Below are positions 20,305 through 31,600 of a stretch of 64,000 nucleotides of DNA, piece by piece. A model generated the notes under the pieces. The model did not search any database, was not told the DNA's origin, and saw only the letters and a program-made list of their open reading frames with translations. The translations under genes and the position numbers were made by a program. The stretch comes from a bacterium (GTDB lineage Bacteria > SAR324 > NAC60-12), in assembly GCA_965205865.1 (NCBI GenBank), contig CBDBHR010000003.1:61781-125780 (forward strand), written 5' to 3'. Each line of letters opens with the position of its first letter. The stretch's first letter is position 1.

Positions 20305-20700
20305 TTTTTTATAGTTGTATTATTGGTCATTTGGTAGACAGGTTTGAGTTTGTTGATAATTTCTTCGGCAGTTTTAGTCCAGACATAGGGTTTTGGGTTG
20401 CGATTGTGTGTCTCGATGTAACTAATGGCTTCGGTCAACTCGAGCACGCTTTTGAAGGCGCCTCGTCGAATCCGTTCTGCAGTGATCTTGCCAAAAAAGC
20501 GTTCCACCATGTTCACATGAGGAGGAAGTAGGAATGAAATGCGGGTATATTCTTTCACCTTAAGATGTTTGTGGGTGGCGTAATTGTTCAAGTGTACCTG
20601 CAGTTGCTTCGAGGTAGTCTTGTCAATCGAGCACTTCCCCTGTCTGCGTATTCAAAGCATAGGTGCCATGTACAGCTCAAGGGTACAAACCGATGACATC
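20305..20700 (-). pseudogene. IS630-family transposase C-terminal fragment
   Basis: IDKTTSKQLQVHL, NYATHKH, NMVERFFGKITAERIRRGAF, HNRNPKPYVWTKTAEEI; frameshifted. Confidence 0.8.
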
Positions 20701-20796
20701 TTTCACTTATCATCACTGCCACGCCCATGAGATCATCATTGAGACCTGTTATTCCTTTTTCAGCGTTTTGCAATTTCCCATGCGGCGGTTTTGCAC

Positions 20797-22082
20797 GCTT
20801 TATGACGCGGTGGACATGGTCATTTTGTCGGTGGTCGGCATTGTTGGTGGCGCCCGTTGATTCGTTCGATTGTGACAGTTTGGAACGACCGTGTTTTGAG
20901 TCAGCGGTTGGCTGAGGATTCCGGATGAAACCACATTCGGCCGGATACTGCGTACTTTCACACAGAAAAACATCAATGAGATGGAGAGCTTGAACCATCG
21001 GATTCGAGCCGGTATCTGGCGTAAGGCGCTTCGAAGTGGGACAAGCATCGTTGGGGTGTTACACTGTCTTGTGATTGACGTGGACTCCACTGTGAAAACA
21101 GCCTACGGCAAGCAGCAAGGAGTGTCTGTCGGATATAATCCACACAAACGCGGTGCAGCTTTATCATCCTTTCCATGGTCATTTTGCCCCGAGACAAGCT
21201 GATTCCAGGGTTGGCTTCGTGATGGGAGTGCCTATACCAGCAATGGAGTCGTTGAATTCATGCGGAACTTCCGCTCATAAATCGGACTGCACTCTGTTTC
21301 GCTGGAGACTGTATTTGCTGGATTTCCTCGAAGAATGAGGCCATGGCTATCTGATCAAGGTCAAAATCAAGGGGCTTGTCTCGTTGTTGGAAACCCAATA
21401 AATGAGCAAAAAGTGAATCAGCCCGCTTGGGAAGGGTGTGAGTTTTCCCACCCTTGGAGGAGGTCAGAAAATTCATGGCCGTACGCAGGGAGAAAGAGGA
21501 GGAACTCAAAGGGATGGCCACCCTCTTTGAGATGTACGATTATTTTTGTTATGTTCTCACTGACGCGCTCACTCCCTGGCAGGCTCACAAAGAGTATGGC
21601 CAAAGGGCGGTCGCTGAGACATGGATTGAGGAAGCAAAAAATCAAACTGCGCTGGCTCAGATTAAAAAAAAGAAATGCGCGATACTCGCTTACAACACGC
21701 TGCGCTATGGCCCTTTGTAGTGGTCAGCAATAAACCGGCCACCATGCGATCTTGTCCGAATGGCAGGAAAATGGACGAGTGGCGCTCGTCAACAAAAACT
21801 GAGAGTTAACTTTACAAAAAGATGGGTCGCTGTTGGAGAGACCTAGATCCTTTGTTTCACTCCAGTGGATACATTTTCTGAGATGTAGATTCCCAAATCC
21901 AGGGAGAAGTACGTCATCTTGTGCCCGGAAAGCGGGTATCATCATCACAAAATATGACGATCTAATGGAGAAAAACCTTTATGAGCAAGGACTGATGGAA
22001 ATTCAACTCTCAAATCCTTTTTTTTAAAAAAACCTCTCAAAGACGTGGGGGGAAACTCAATCAAAATATTCCAGGATTTAGG
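20797..22082 (+). mobile_element. decayed, left-truncated IS1380-family copy
   Basis: Collinear with about 35783-37203 but with many small indels; ends CAGGATTTAGG. Confidence 0.9.
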
Positions 22083-22134
22083 TAGTATACTTTTCGGATA
22101 ATGTACAGGGGACTCACACAATTGCCGGGCACGC

Positions 22135-22252
22135 ACAATTGGATCCAGCTTAGCAGGGGATTGGCGCTTTTTTCAAAATTATCAATAAATTGTGAGTTTA
22201 TCTCTTTTTCCATGGTCATCGTCCCCCGGCAAGCTGATCCAAAACGTTGGAA
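22135..22252 (+). other. attC site 1 (its R'' box is split by the intron; left part at 19485-19490)
   Basis: Spliced sequence ATCCAAC-AATT-GGATCCAGCTT...AAGCTGATCC-AAAAC-GTTGGAA; the left L arm has one extra unpaired C. Confidence 0.8.
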
Positions 22253-22380
22253 TCATAAAAATGACTGCATGAACCCCATAAAAAGACTGATTGCGCTACT
22301 GTAGAAAAATGACTGCGGAAGGTAAAATAAGGAACGGAGAAAAACTGCAATAATTGAGAAAAAAGGAATCATTCCCAAAA

Positions 22381-22659
22381 ATGAGTAAACGAAAAAGAAA
22401 ACTTACTTATGTTCAGAAGGCAGAGAAAAAACGTAAACAAAAAGAATTCATGACTGTCTTTATCAATGGAAAGCAAAAGAGAGTAAAACGTCCCCCAACA
22501 ATTGATGGAATGGACGTTGATGAATTTATATTGAAAAATGCCGATCCCATCTGGTTGCATCAAAATGAAATGTGGGAGTATATTGACCAAAACGAATCAG
22601 ATCTTGATTTAGATGAGCAAACAAAAAATGAAGAAAAGACAAAAAACGAGATCAATTAA
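22381..22659 (+). CDS. small hypothetical protein (basic N-terminus, acidic C-terminus)
   Basis: FINGKQKRVKRPPTIDGMDVDEFILKNADPIWLHQNEMWEY; first ORF after attC1. Confidence 0.75.
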   Translation: MSKRKRKLTYVQKAEKKRKQKEFMTVFINGKQKRVKRPPTIDGMDVDEFILKNADPIWLHQNEMWEYIDQNESDLDLDEQTKNEEKTKNEIN

Positions 22660-22774
22660 GACTTTTTTTTGTGCCTTTTTTTTTCCAGTTTACAATTTGT
22701 CATTTCCTTGGGCAGTCCCCCCGCAGGAGAGATCTTATCTTCAATTCTAATTTATACATATTGGCTGAAAAGTG

Positions 22775-23470
22775 ATGTCTAAAAGAGGAACAAAACATAA
22801 GAAGGATTCGCAAAAACGAAAAGTAAATAAAAAAAAGCTGCTCTCTCCACATTCTTTTAGTCCATTACCAAACGAATTGTTCCTGTCAAAATATGAGATT
22901 ACAGATGAACCCCTGGAAAATAAATTTCCTCCGGAAATCAAAGATCAAGCAGAAACTCTTTATGAGCAGGCTCATTCATCTCCTGAGGAGGCCTTGCTCC
23001 AATTAGAAGAACTGATCGAAAATTATCCACAAATTCCTCAACTTCACAATTACCTGACGCTTGCATACTCCAGACTTGGAAAATGGGAAGAAGTTGATGA
23101 AATTATCATCAAAAATTATGAGAGACATCCTGCGTATTTATTTGCTAAATCCAATTATGCGAGACTCTGTCTACGTGATGGAAATGTAGGACAAATTCCA
23201 ACAATTTTTAATCATCAATTTGATCTGAAATTATTATACCCAATACGAACAACGTTTCATGTTTCGGAAGTAATAGTTTTTTTCGGAGTAATGGGAGAAT
23301 ACTTTTTGAAAATAGGACAAAGATCTGCTGCTGAATTATGCTATCAGGCGCTTCACCAAATTGATTCACGTCATGAACAAACCAGAGTTTTTAAGAAAAA
23401 AATTTATCCCTCGATATTTTCAAAGTTATTACACAAATTACCAGGGAGTTCATATGAACGAATTTATTGA
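22775..23470 (+). CDS. TPR-like hypothetical protein
   Basis: Helical repeats such as ALLQLEELIENYPQIPQLHNYLTLAYSRLGK and HPAYLFAKSNYA. Confidence 0.7.
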   Translation: MSKRGTKHKKDSQKRKVNKKKLLSPHSFSPLPNELFLSKYEITDEPLENKFPPEIKDQAETLYEQAHSSPEEALLQLEELIENYPQIPQLHNYLTLAYSRLGKWEEVDEIIIKNYERHPAYLFAKSNYARLCLRDGNVGQIPTIFNHQFDLKLLYPIRTTFHVSEVIVFFGVMGEYFLKIGQRSAAELCYQALHQIDSRHEQTRVFKKKIYPSIFSKLLHKLPGSSYERIY

Positions 23471-25737
23471 TTTAATGGAAAAAGTCGAAAATCCAGGAAC
23501 ATTTTCCGTAAGTGGAAAGTTGACTTCTATCCCTCCCGGGCTCAAAGTCAAAGGTTTGGGAATTGTTTCTCTACCCCTTCTTGCGCATCAAGCAAAAGCA
23601 CTGATTAAGATTAGTGAGCAAGCTCCTTATGGACGTGGAGAAGACACGATTGTAGATACAAATGTTCGAAATGTTTGGCAAATCTCTCCTGAAAATTTTG
23701 AGCTGATCAATCCCCAATGGGAGGAGGCTCTACAAAAATCCATCAATCAGATAGGAAAGCAATTGGGTTTGCACGGATGCGAAATTGCTTTTGAACAGTA
23801 CAAGCTTTTAATCTATGAGAAAGGATCATTTTTTAAATTACACCGTGATACCGAAAAAATACCTAATATGTTTGCGACTTTGGTGATTAACTTACCTTCT
23901 GAGCATGAAGGAGGCGAATTGATTGTAAGTCATGGTAGTCAAAGTCATCGTTATTCATTTGCTGATAATGATAGCTTCCATCTTGGATTTTTTAGCCTTT
24001 TATGCTGACTGTTATCATGAAGTCAAGCCATTAACTTCCGGCTATCGAATATGTTTGATTTACAACCTCGCTATTGCGAATAGACAGGTACAACCTCTAT
24101 TATCTCAACAATTAAAAATTGTTGAGGATGTTAGTAATGCCATACAAAAATGGACACAGGAAAATAAGGAAAACCCCATTTTAACCTATTTGCTGGAGCA
24201 TGATTATTCAGAGGAAAACCTTTGTCTCTCTAATCTTAAAAACGGAGATTTTGCAAAAGCCTCTGCTCTATTAAACGCAGCGGAAAAAAATGGCTGCCAA
24301 GCATTTTTATGTTTAGTGACCTATTATCGGACAAGTTATGGAGAAACAGTCTATTATGACCGGTATTCTCATAAAGATGATTTGGATGAAGATGATTTTG
24401 AAGAATATGATGTTGATGGCGAAGAAGTTTATGCGCATTATTTTATGACCTCTAAGGGGGTAAAAATAAATATAGAAAAATTACATTTAGAAGAAGATGA
24501 GCTACTCGCAAAAATTCCTTTACTTGATGGGCCTGGACGAGATTTCTCTATCTCGGAAGCAAGTGGTAATGAGGGAGCAACCAAGGAACTCTGGTATCAC
24601 CGAGGTGCTGTGATCATTTGGCCAAAGGATCGAGATTTGGACATGATCACAAAAATGGATATCAATTATGGGATACATTATTTAAAAAACCTTCTTAAAG
24701 AACAGGATTTATGGGAAGAGGATCATCGTCAAAAAATAATTCGATTGGCAGAATATATTATCGAAGATCAGCCTCGCTATAGTAAGGAAGATATTTCACA
24801 AGAGTTAATTGCAATTGGAGATGTTGAGCTGCTCCAAAAGTTTATTCATAGGCAGATGAGTTATCACGATCTAAGTCTCGTCGATGTTCAAACATTTATA
24901 CAGATTCTAGAGCGTTTTGGTTGGCAATACTTTGAAGAAGATATTTGCACTAGTTTGACCTCTGAACAGGACCTTTATCAATGGAATGTCGACAAACGGG
25001 ACGTTATTCCATGGATGAACTCCCTACTACTCGTAAAAAAATCTCTTTCCAGTGAAGGTCAATCTGTCATGAAAAAATGGGTTCATGCATTTTGGAAATC
25101 GTCATTGGAGTATCGCCTGACCAAAGGGAAAATTGCAAATATGTTACAAATTGTTTCTTTGCTTAAAATTCATGCGTTAACAGATGAGGTCATTGAGTTT
25201 TTATCTTTCCAAAAGCAGCCTTCTTTTCTTACCGCTACTTATGGCCCGGCTTTAGTGAGTGCCCACAAGAAGCTTAAAGGGTATGACTATGATCGGGTGA
25301 TCATGAAAAAATTTGTTGCGAATGTACTCCAACGGATTCAAATAGATTTTCCATCTCCTCCAAATCAACCAAAAGATTGGTTTCGTGAGGGAAATTTGAA
25401 ATGTAATTGTCAATTCTGCACTCGCGTTAATCAATTTTTACCTGATCCTGCGCAAAGTGAAATCAGTTTTTACAAAACATTAAAACGAAATATGACCCAT
25501 ATTGAATCTGAGATTGAAAAGAGCAAAGTTGACCTGGATATTGAAATTATTCGATCCCCTCCTAAGTTTCAAGGAACCTGCAGGAAGAATCAAAATAGAT
25601 ACGAAAATAAACGTCAATTATTTGATAGTGCTCAAAAAATTGTGAAAGAATTACAGCTTGATAATAATTCTATCGAAACCTGGATCTTGAAGGATTCATC
25701 GAAAATTAGGTGTCTTGGTCAAACAGTTTCAAAATGA
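23454..25737 (+). pseudogene. 2OG-Fe(II) oxygenase with long C-terminal extension, split by one frameshift
   Basis: QAPYGRG..TIVD..VR..W, YKLLIYEKGSFF..HRDTEK..MFATL..LPS.HEGGEL, then AFYADCYHEVKPLTSGYR in the next frame; removing one T from the T6 run at 23988-23993 joins the two frames. Confidence 0.85.
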
Positions 25738-25808
25738 GAAAAATAGGTCTGAAAAATGCAGAAAAATGATTTTCAGAATGCAGAAAAAAAACTTCTGAGC
25801 GGATACAA

Positions 25809-25936
25809 TTCCAACAAATTGATTGACAGGGCTGTGAGACCCAGCAGGTTTTTCAAAGATTCTGCAAAATTTGGATTTATTCTTGTTTCCAACCATAGTC
25901 AGAGAGGTCTCACACCTGTCTTCATATGCGTTGTGC
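25809..25936 (+). other. attC site 2
   Basis: TTCCAAC-AAAT-TGATTGACAGG..TGTGAGACC...GGTCTCACA-CCTGTCTTCA-TATGC-GTTGTGC, 128 bp; central part resembles attC1. Confidence 0.75.
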
Positions 25937-26029
25937 GACCTGCAAAGGCGCACATTGGGATAAGAATGACTGTTTCCCTCCCACCCGCTGGGCCGGAGGG
26001 AGGAACAGGAGCGGGTTTCGAAGGATTGC

Positions 26030-26460
26030 CTAGAAGCCCATTTCTTTCTTCAGCTCCTGGTCAATCCGGAGGCGGGAGAAGATGACCATACGATTCATAC
26101 TTCCCAGCTGGACTTCACCGTTGTAGCCTATGACCCACGGATGGATCGCGTTGAACTTGGCAGGGTGAGGCCCCCAGACATACCCCTGCTGCTCGATCAG
26201 GACCATATCTGCCTGCCTGGCGTGCTTCATCTGCTCCTCGATGGTGGTCGCCGCTTCGACCGCTTCTATGATGGCGTCCAACTCAGAGTCCTTGATTCCG
26301 GAGAGGCTTCACATGGAGCTCGAGTGACCCCGCATGCGTATTAGAAAAGTCGCATCCCTATTCCAGCCAGCCACCGTACCTTGCATACCTTCCCAAGTCC
26401 GTTCGGTTATCAGAGTCATCATAGTAGGAAAATCATGGGCAAGCATGCTCCACTGATAAC
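26030..26460 (-). pseudogene. C-terminal remnant of a peptide ABC transporter substrate-binding protein
   Basis: ...AATTIEEQMKHARQADMVLIEQQGYVWGP...PWVIGYNGEVQLG...IDQELKKEMGF; truncated next to MITE copy 3. Confidence 0.65.
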
Positions 26461-26513
26461 CCGTTTTCAGGACATACAAAATCGCATTGACGATGCTATG
26501 TTTGCTATGAATA

Positions 26514-26729
26514 ACCTGAGTTCGAGATAAATCTTCAATAATATGAGTATCCTAGTGTATATGTCATCTTCGCGAAACTTGTCCCCGCGAAAGCGGGGAA
26601 CGGGGATCCGGATTTCAGTCTGGCTGCATACCTCCGGATTGCCGCTTTCGCAGGAATGACAAGGTTTCTCTAAGATATGAAGATTCCATAACATATTGAA
26701 TTTATTAAATTCTTATCTCGAACTCAGGT
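26514..26729. mobile_element. MITE copy 3 (inverted relative to copies 1 and 2)
   Basis: Same termini and arms in reverse orientation, REP-like core, no target duplication. Confidence 0.85.
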
Positions 26730-26733
26730 TAGT

Positions 26734-28411
26734 TAGTGCCTGACAGAAAAATACAATTTTACTAATAAGAGGTGTAGAATCCGCGAGAACATCTGTTTTT
26801 GAACAAGCCATATTTTAGAGAATTGAAGCTATTTTTCTTTGGGATCCCTAATTTTTTGTTACCCCCCTATTTTTGGACACTCACCCCCCCCTCCCGGCCT
26901 CCCCTCTTGTTTCAGAATGGGGAGTCACTCTTGGGTTCAGGCCGCTTTTTTGTAGGGTCCTCGTTTACGACGCTGCCGTTCTTTTTGTTGTTCACGCAGG
27001 ACGGTGCCGAAACGGTGGATGTTTTTTGCCAGCACAGCCAGAGCGACATAGCGTTCGAACCATGGTTTCGTTGAAGCGCACACTGCGGATGATTTGGCTC
27101 ATGAGTTTTTCTGCGGAGCCCATGTACCCCCGCAAGCGTAGCAGTTTCAAAGAGGAGCGCACCCGTTTTTCCAAAAGTTCCAGGCTTGTCCGGACCCGCA
27201 GTTGATACCCCTTGGCCATGAGGACGTATTTGAGATATTCCTTGCGCCTCTTTTCTTCACGGGCACGCTTTATTTGCTCAACTTTCGAAGTGGAGGGCCT
27301 GAGCTTTTGGATGAGACGATACTGCTTTTTGAACTGCCTGAGGTTGAACCGATATTGTCGCTAGCTCTCCAACTGGCAACTCCGTGAAAGCCTGGCGCAT
27401 TCTTCAAGCGTCTTGCGTACGGCGTCGAAGAGCAGGTTGACGTCGGTCGGATAATGTACATTGGTTTCAACCACAAAGGAGTCGCAGCGTGCACGTAGCG
27501 CCTTGCTTGAATCATGAAGTTCAATCTTCTTCTCCGTGCGAGTTCGGGTTGGCCCATCTTTTGGGGCGTTTTTTTTTTACCAGCCCATGTCCGGCTTTGA
27601 CAACCAACTGATTGATCTCATCGAGAATCTCAGGTGTGAAAAGACGCAGGTTATCCTTGATCGTCTGCCGGTTGTACGTCGTTTTGTCCTCCCACCCACC
27701 ATGTCCGAGCATCTGCCGGATGGTGTCGTGATGGTTAGCCAACTCATGGATGCGGTCGTAATAGGTGTTGAGACCCAGGCGCAGTACGCCAAGCACCAGA
27801 ATCTTCCACTGCTCCATCCCAGGACGCCCAAGACGGGGGTCCGCTTTGCGATGCCTGTCTTCTTTGCTCAGGCCCGGACCGCTTCGCGAGGGGATAACTC
27901 GTTCCGGAACCTTGAATACCGATGCGCGTAATGCTGGCGTGGCGTATATGTATTGCAAACCGCGAAGGATAGGGGGGATGTCATCACGGGATTTTAGATC
28001 CAACTCGATGGCGGCAACGTCGACTTCGCCGAACTTCATCTGGGGGTCACGTATGGTGCGCATAATATTTCAAATCTTGAAGATTTACGGAAAAACGAAA
28101 GAAACCAGTCCGAAAATACTGTAACTGCAACGATTGACCCTTCATGCGAGCTGGCGCAAACTCGGGTTTTCTCAAATCTTCGCGTCACAAATATCAGTTT
28201 ATCATCTTGATATAATTAATGAAAGACTTTACATGATATTTAATGGTATTCACTTATTTTTAAGAAACGAAGATTTTGGAGAAACTCATAAAAATCCCAT
28301 TTTTTGCTGATTTTGGCCATCTGAACACTGCATCAAACCAATCTTCATCCTATGAAATTGAAGAATTATCATTTAATATCAGCAATTTGAGTATTTTTCG
28401 GCCAAGCACTA
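26734..28411 (-). mobile_element. internally deleted IS (ISNCY/IS5-like DDE transposase pseudogene)
   Basis: 21-bp imperfect terminal repeats TAGTGCCTGACAGAAAAATAC / TAGTGCTTGGCCGAAAAATAC. Transposase N-terminus from 28063 (KSRDDIP, GRPGMEQWKILVLG, ELANHHDTIRQMLG), DSFVVETNVHYPTD in another frame, C-terminal RGPYKKAA near 26940. Confidence 0.8.
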
Positions 28412-28461
28412 ATTAGTAACTGTCCCCAGATTTTAGGAATCAACGCTCTTTAATATCTTCC

Positions 28462-28490
28462 TTGCATTTAATCAGAATCTTTGATATGAT
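28462..28490 (+). promoter_or_regulatory. sigma70-like promoter upstream of the 2116-aa gene
   Basis: TTGCAT-N17-TATGAT. Confidence 0.5.
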
Positions 28491-28676
28491 TCGCATTAAA
28501 TCAGTTGAATTTGGCATGTATTCGATTTTGCGTTAACTAAGTATTGATTTGTCGCTGTCGCGACAATGCTATCAGTGTTCAGCAACTGCGGCCCGCGTGG
28601 GGTTTTCAGTAATAAAAAAGATCTAAAATACCAATAACTGACAGCTAAAAGCTCCTTCTATCTCAAAGGATTCCCC

Positions 28677-31600
28677 ATGAAAATAACGTTCACTCAGCAG
28701 ATGTCATTGGATCAGCATAGGAACCGGTTTTTGACCGATGATCGCTGTCACCAGCATTTTTTCGCAGTTCGCTGGCCCCAGGGGTTTGTCTGTCCCTCCT
28801 GTGGCCATCGTGAGTATTATGAGGTGTCGCTGCGCAAACTGTTTCAATGCAAACAATGTCATTCCCAAACCTCAGCTACAGCAGGTACGATCATGCACCG
28901 GACTCGGACTCCACTGCGTTACTGGTTTTGGGGGATTTATTATGTGGCCGCATGCAATGGGGAGATAACGGCTCAACAATTATCAGAAAAAATCGGATTG
29001 AATTACCATGCCGCCCGGAGAATGCTGGGAAAAATCCACGAAATCGAAAAGAACCAGGGTTTCCTGGGGGATCTGTTGAAAAGCTTCAAAATTCCTGAAG
29101 GGTCAAAGGAAGAAGTCTGCACCGGACCGGGAATGGAAACGCCACCCGGGCCAATAAAAGGGCCTTATCCACTAATAGAGCAGACGATTCCAGACAGAAA
29201 AAAACCGGATATACCGGGTTATTCGCTGGAGGAGGTTATTTTTGAAAGCGGACGGACCCGGCTCTGGCGGGGCAGGCGGAATAGCAACGGGCTTTTGGTT
29301 TTGATCAAGGGAGCGGCTTCCTCTGAGCAGAGCGCGCAGGAACAGGCGGAAATACGGCACGAGCATGAGATCACCCAGGCTCTCAAGATCGATGGGGTCC
29401 TCCGGTCAGAGGAACTGGTGGCGTGTGAGAACGGATCGGCTTTGATCCTGGAAAACACCGAAGGCCTTCCTTTAAGAAAGCTGATGGATGCCACCCGGCT
29501 CGACCTGCCGGACTCGCTTAAGGTAGCGGTTTCACTGACCAGCACCCTGGAAGAAGTGCACCGGCAGGGCATCCTGCATAAAATGATCAACCCGTTGAAT
29601 ATTTTTGTTGATCCGGCATCAAGAACAGTCAAATTGACCGGCTTCGGCCTGGCCACCCGGCTTCCCCGGGAAAATTTGACTACGTTGAGTCCCCAGCTTA
29701 GCGGGGAAACCCTGCCCTATATCTCCCCCGAGCAGACCGGCCGGATGAACCGGGTGCTCGATTATCGCAGTGATTTTTATTCCCTGGGCGCCACCCTTTA
29801 CGAACTTTTCAGCGGGAGAGTGCCTTTCCAATCCCGGGAGGCCATGGAAATCATCCACGCCCACATTGCCCGGCAGCCCGTACCCCTGGACCAGATGGCG
29901 CCGCAGGTGCCCAAAACTCTTTTCCGCCTGGTGATGAAACTGATGGCCAAGCGTGCCGAGGCGCGCTACCAGAGTCACTCGGGCCTGGCAGCCGATCTCC
30001 TGGCATGTCTGGATCAGCTCGAAAATCAGGGGAGCCTGTCCGATTTTCCCCTGGGCCGCTATGACATTCCCAGTGAACTGCAGATCGCCCCGGGGCTTTA
30101 CGGCCGGGAAGATGAAATCGCCACCCTGGAGGCCGCCCTGGAGCGAGTCAGTCAGGGAGCAACCGAGATGGTGCTGGTCTCGGGATCCGCCGGTGTCGGC
30201 AAAACTGCCCTGGCTGCTGAAATTCACAGGTCCGTTGCCCAAAAAAATGGCTTCTTCATCTCCGGCAAGTTTGACCAGCTCCGGCACAATATTCCCTACA
30301 GCGCCCTGATCCAGGCGCTACGGGGACTCATCCGGGAGGTATCGGCCGAAGGCAAGTTCGGAATGGAGCGTTGGAAAAGCAGGATACGGGCTGCCCTGGG
30401 ACCCAGCGGACAGCTCCTGACCCGGGTGATCCCGGAACTGGAACAGATGATCGGCCCGCAACCCCCGCTGCCGGAAATGGGAGCGCTGGAGACCCGCAAC
30501 CGCTTCACTGCCGTTTTACTGGAGTTCATCTTCGTTTTCTGTGAAAAAACCCATCCGCTGGTTATTTTTCTGGACGACTTGCAGTGGGTGGACGCCGATA
30601 CCCTCAAGCTGGTTGAACGGATCGCTCAGGATTCGGAGAGGAAACCTCTGCTTTTCCTGGGAGCCTATCGCGACAACGAGGTGGATACCGGCCACCGGCT
30701 GATGATCAGTAGTGAAGTGATCAAAAAAACAGGCCAGCTGCTGCAAACGATCCCCTTAAAGCCCCTGAACCGAGAACACATCTCACGACTGCTCGTCCAT
30801 ACTTGCCACTGCCGTCCTGAGGATGCAAACCCGCTGGCCGAGCTCCTGCTGCGCAAAACCGGCGGCAATCCCTTCTTTGTGAGCCAGTTTTTGACCCTAC
30901 TTTCCGAGAAGAACCTGATCCGGTATCAGCCTGAGGAAAAACGATGGACCTGGGAGCTGGCCGCCATCGATTTCCTGGCGGTGACAGATAATGTAGTTGA
31001 GTTGCTGATTGACCGGCTCCAGGGTTTTTCCTCTGAAACCAAGCGACTCTTGAGCCTGGCGGCCTGCATCGGCAATACCTTTGACCTCGAATCCTTGGGA
31101 CTGATCAGCGGAGAAGGAAGCGGGGAGATCGATGAGAACCTGTTGCCGGCCCTGGAAACCGGGTTGATCCTCGGTTTTTCCCAGGCCCCGCAGCTGGATA
31201 ATCCGACCGCCGGAGCGAGTGCGGAAGATGGCAGCTACAAGTTCCTGCATGACCGGGTGCAGCAGGCTGCCTATGCCCTCATTGCGCAAAAGGAGAAACC
31301 GGCGGTCCATCTTCAAATCGGTCAGACCCTGCTCAAGCAATACGCACCGGAGAAAGGTGAAGATCTGCTTTTTGACATCGTCCATCATTTCAACCTGGCC
31401 CGGAGGGTGAAGGATAAATGGAAAGAACGATCGAAGCTAGCGGAACTCAACCTGAAAGCCGGTCGTCAGGCCAGAGCGGCTTCGGCTTTTGAACAGGCCC
31501 TGGAATACTTTACCATCGGCCTGGAGCTTTCAGGAGCCACCGCTTGGAAACGGCAATACCCCCTGGCCTTATCCCTGCATGAGGAAGCTACGGAGATGTC

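Larger units (their letters stand above)
19491..22134 (-). ncRNA. ORF-less, interrupted group IIC(-attC) intron
   Basis: 3' end with DV/DVI GAATCGCCCCGTACGGACCCGTATGCGGGGTGG...CCTATCCCGAT at about 19491-19560; class-C-like DI-DIII sequence at about 19950-20300; 5' end GCGTGCCCGGCA...GAGTCCCCTGTAC at 22134 following exon TTGT. Confidence 0.8.

Noticed and set aside
28511-28530. sigma54 promoter (TTGGCAT) upstream of the giant gene
   Set aside because: No TTGC-like -12 element at the required spacing; a sigma70-like promoter fits better.
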